DNA of 64,000 nt from Proteromonas lacertae (Eukaryota): NCBI GenBank assembly GCA_002245135.1, contig NGBS01000322.1, positions 1 to 64,000 on the forward strand, given 5' to 3'. Positions 61,851-64,000 of this stretch are shown piece after piece. Every line of letters starts with the position of its first letter. The first letter of the stretch is position 1. Below the pieces are notes generated by a model. It was not told the origin of the DNA, made no database searches, and worked only from the letters and a program-made list of their open reading frames with translations. Made by a program: the position numbers and the translations under genes.

Positions 61851-64000
61851 CTATTCTAATGGTTTAAAATATTCTAAATATCTCTTCTTAGATTTATTTT
61901 TAGTAGTAATAAATCCAGTTTCAAATACATCAACTATTTCTTCACCTCCATTCATCATTTTACCTAAATAACAATTATCAATTGCTTTTCTATTATCATA
62001 ACTCAATTCCTTTAATTCTTCTTCATACACTTGTCTATAACTCATTACACTATCAACTGTTTCTATTTCATAAGTCCATTTACTGGCTTTTATATCATAC
62101 TCCTTTCCTACTATTATAACTACAGCTTCATCTGTTAGTGGGAAGTAATACTTTTTAATATCTCCAACTTCATATTTACTTTGAGGTTGTTTTTCCATCC
62201 TATTAAGAACATCCTTTACTGAATTTGCTTCTTCTTCATTTCTATTTTGAAGTATACTTAGAAATTCCTCAATTCCTTTAACATCACTATCATCTAGATG
62301 TAATAAACTCTCTATATCACTCTTCTGCTTTGCTTCTGTAGGATATATTATTGAAGTTTCTACTGTTTTACTATATAAAGATATATATTAATTATATTAT
62401 ATATATATACAAATCAGTATTCTTATCAAATTCTTTTGTTACATTATCTATCTCTTCTTCATATAGTTTAAGCATTTTAGATGGAAGATATACAAAACCA
62501 CGAAGTTTTAATAATCCTAATAACTTTGTACAAAATTCCTCATATTTTTCATTTGGCTCAATAATCTTATGTTGCAATTCATATATCTTTTTCTCGATAC
62601 TATTTCTCATTTTAGCTGCTTCATTTGCTTCTTTTTCTTGTAAATATACGACATCCATTTTATGTTTAATACTCTTCCATCTTCCTGATAGTAATGACAA
62701 TTCTTTTGTGATTTTTTCCCCATCAATTTCATTTATTTCATATTTCCATATTCCTTTCACCATTGCTCCATAATAAATACATCCATATGCTATTGATTCA
62801 TCCATATTTAATGTTCTTATCAATAAATGATGAATCTCATTTTCTAATCTATTCTGAAACAACGGAATTCTTAATGATCCACCAATAATTACTACATCAT
62901 AATAATTTTTTAAATCCTCTTTATTACCTACAGTTTTTATCAATAATTCTATTAATTTGTCAGGTAAATCTTTTATTATTTCATTCAATTTTTCCACTGA
63001 AAATTCTCCAGAATAATCTTCATCATCTTCTAATATCCCATCAACACTTATTTGAACAGCATCTGCACCAGCTGCTGATAATTTTTCTTTTATCTTTGAT
63101 ATCTCTATTCTTAATTTTATTATATCTTTTTCTGAAAATTTGTCTTTACCTTCTTCAGTTTTAATTTTTTCTTTAAAATAGTCAACTATTCTTTGATCAA
63201 TAATTGATCCACTTATATCACATCTACATTCTTTATTATTAATTGTACATTTACCTCTTTCATATACACAATTTACACAATAACAACAATAATAACCAAT
63301 ATCAATAATTACTATATTCTTCTTTCCATTAAAAGATGAATTATTTTCATATCCATACGCCACAGCAGCTGCTACATATTCTGGTATAACATGGACATCA
63401 TCTATTTTAGGTATTGTTTCTATATCATCAAATATTTTATCTTTCTCATTATCACGATGAAATGATCGCTGAGCTATTGTTTTCAATGAAGTGATTTGCT
63501 CTTGAGTGTAATATGGTGGATAAGATAAAACATAAGTGTAATCTTCATACTTTATTTCGTCAGGATTGGTATGCCTTTCTTTCATTATTGCTTTAGCTTC
63601 ATATAATAATGATGTATAAAAATCCTCTGGTGTGTAGGTTAATAATTTATTGTGATAGACAGAATAATATTCTTTATCTTTACCATTTCCTGTTCTTTTG
63701 TGATAATTAAACTGCTCTGGTTTGACTATGTCATTTTTATCACAATTTTTAAATGAATCTTTGACTAGCTGTATAGTTGTTTTGTAATCTCTTATGCACT
63801 ATACATAAATAAATATAATAGATGAATAAATACTGATTTTTGAGCTGTTTGACCGAATAAATACTTGATGTTCTCAAAAACCTGAATAGTACTACCAATA
63901 AAATATTATTTAATTCATATACGGTATTAATCTCAAATCTGTACTTGTTCTTAACACATCACCAATAAAATTACTGTTCTTTATGATACCTCGAGTCAAT
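61851..64000 (-). CDS. Hsp70/Hsp110-like protein, multi-exon, 5' end outside window
   Basis: PEYVAAAVAYG, VIIDIG, SGSIIDQRIVDYF, KIKEKLS, IGGSLRIP, TLNMDESIAYG. Confidence 0.85.

Overview
AT-rich eukaryotic (protist) DNA with two distinct parts. Positions ~1-46,100 are a nested graveyard of endogenous Polinton/Maverick-like virus fragments from at least two families. One AT-rich family has an rve integrase, two protein-primed PolB genes with vOTU-like and Endo VII-like domains, and a minor+major capsid pair. A second, visibly GC-richer family survives as five fragments (~10853-14680, ~15150-16465, ~27196-27605, ~28690-34543, ~39160-46115). It supplies ~0.5 kb palindrome-rich terminal inverted repeats, a diverged integrase, an adenain-like protease whose probable N-terminus reads MARTK, an A32-like packaging ATPase, a minor capsid, two major-capsid-like paralogs and pieces of a diverged PolB. 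Three hAT transposon pieces and a decayed Crinkler-like NTPase/REase gene are interleaved. Most viral genes carry frameshifts or in-frame stops. Positions ~46,400-64,000 are compact host genes with ~25-36 nt introns: UNC-50, GCFC-like, RJL GTPase, Rab28, V-ATPase d, OST48, Tubby-like, eIF1A, an STPG/ODF3-like protein, a 2-TM protein and an Hsp70/110-like protein. This suggests a flagellated protist, possibly an opalinatan stramenopile (inference). All homology calls come from motif recognition by eye; no searches were run.
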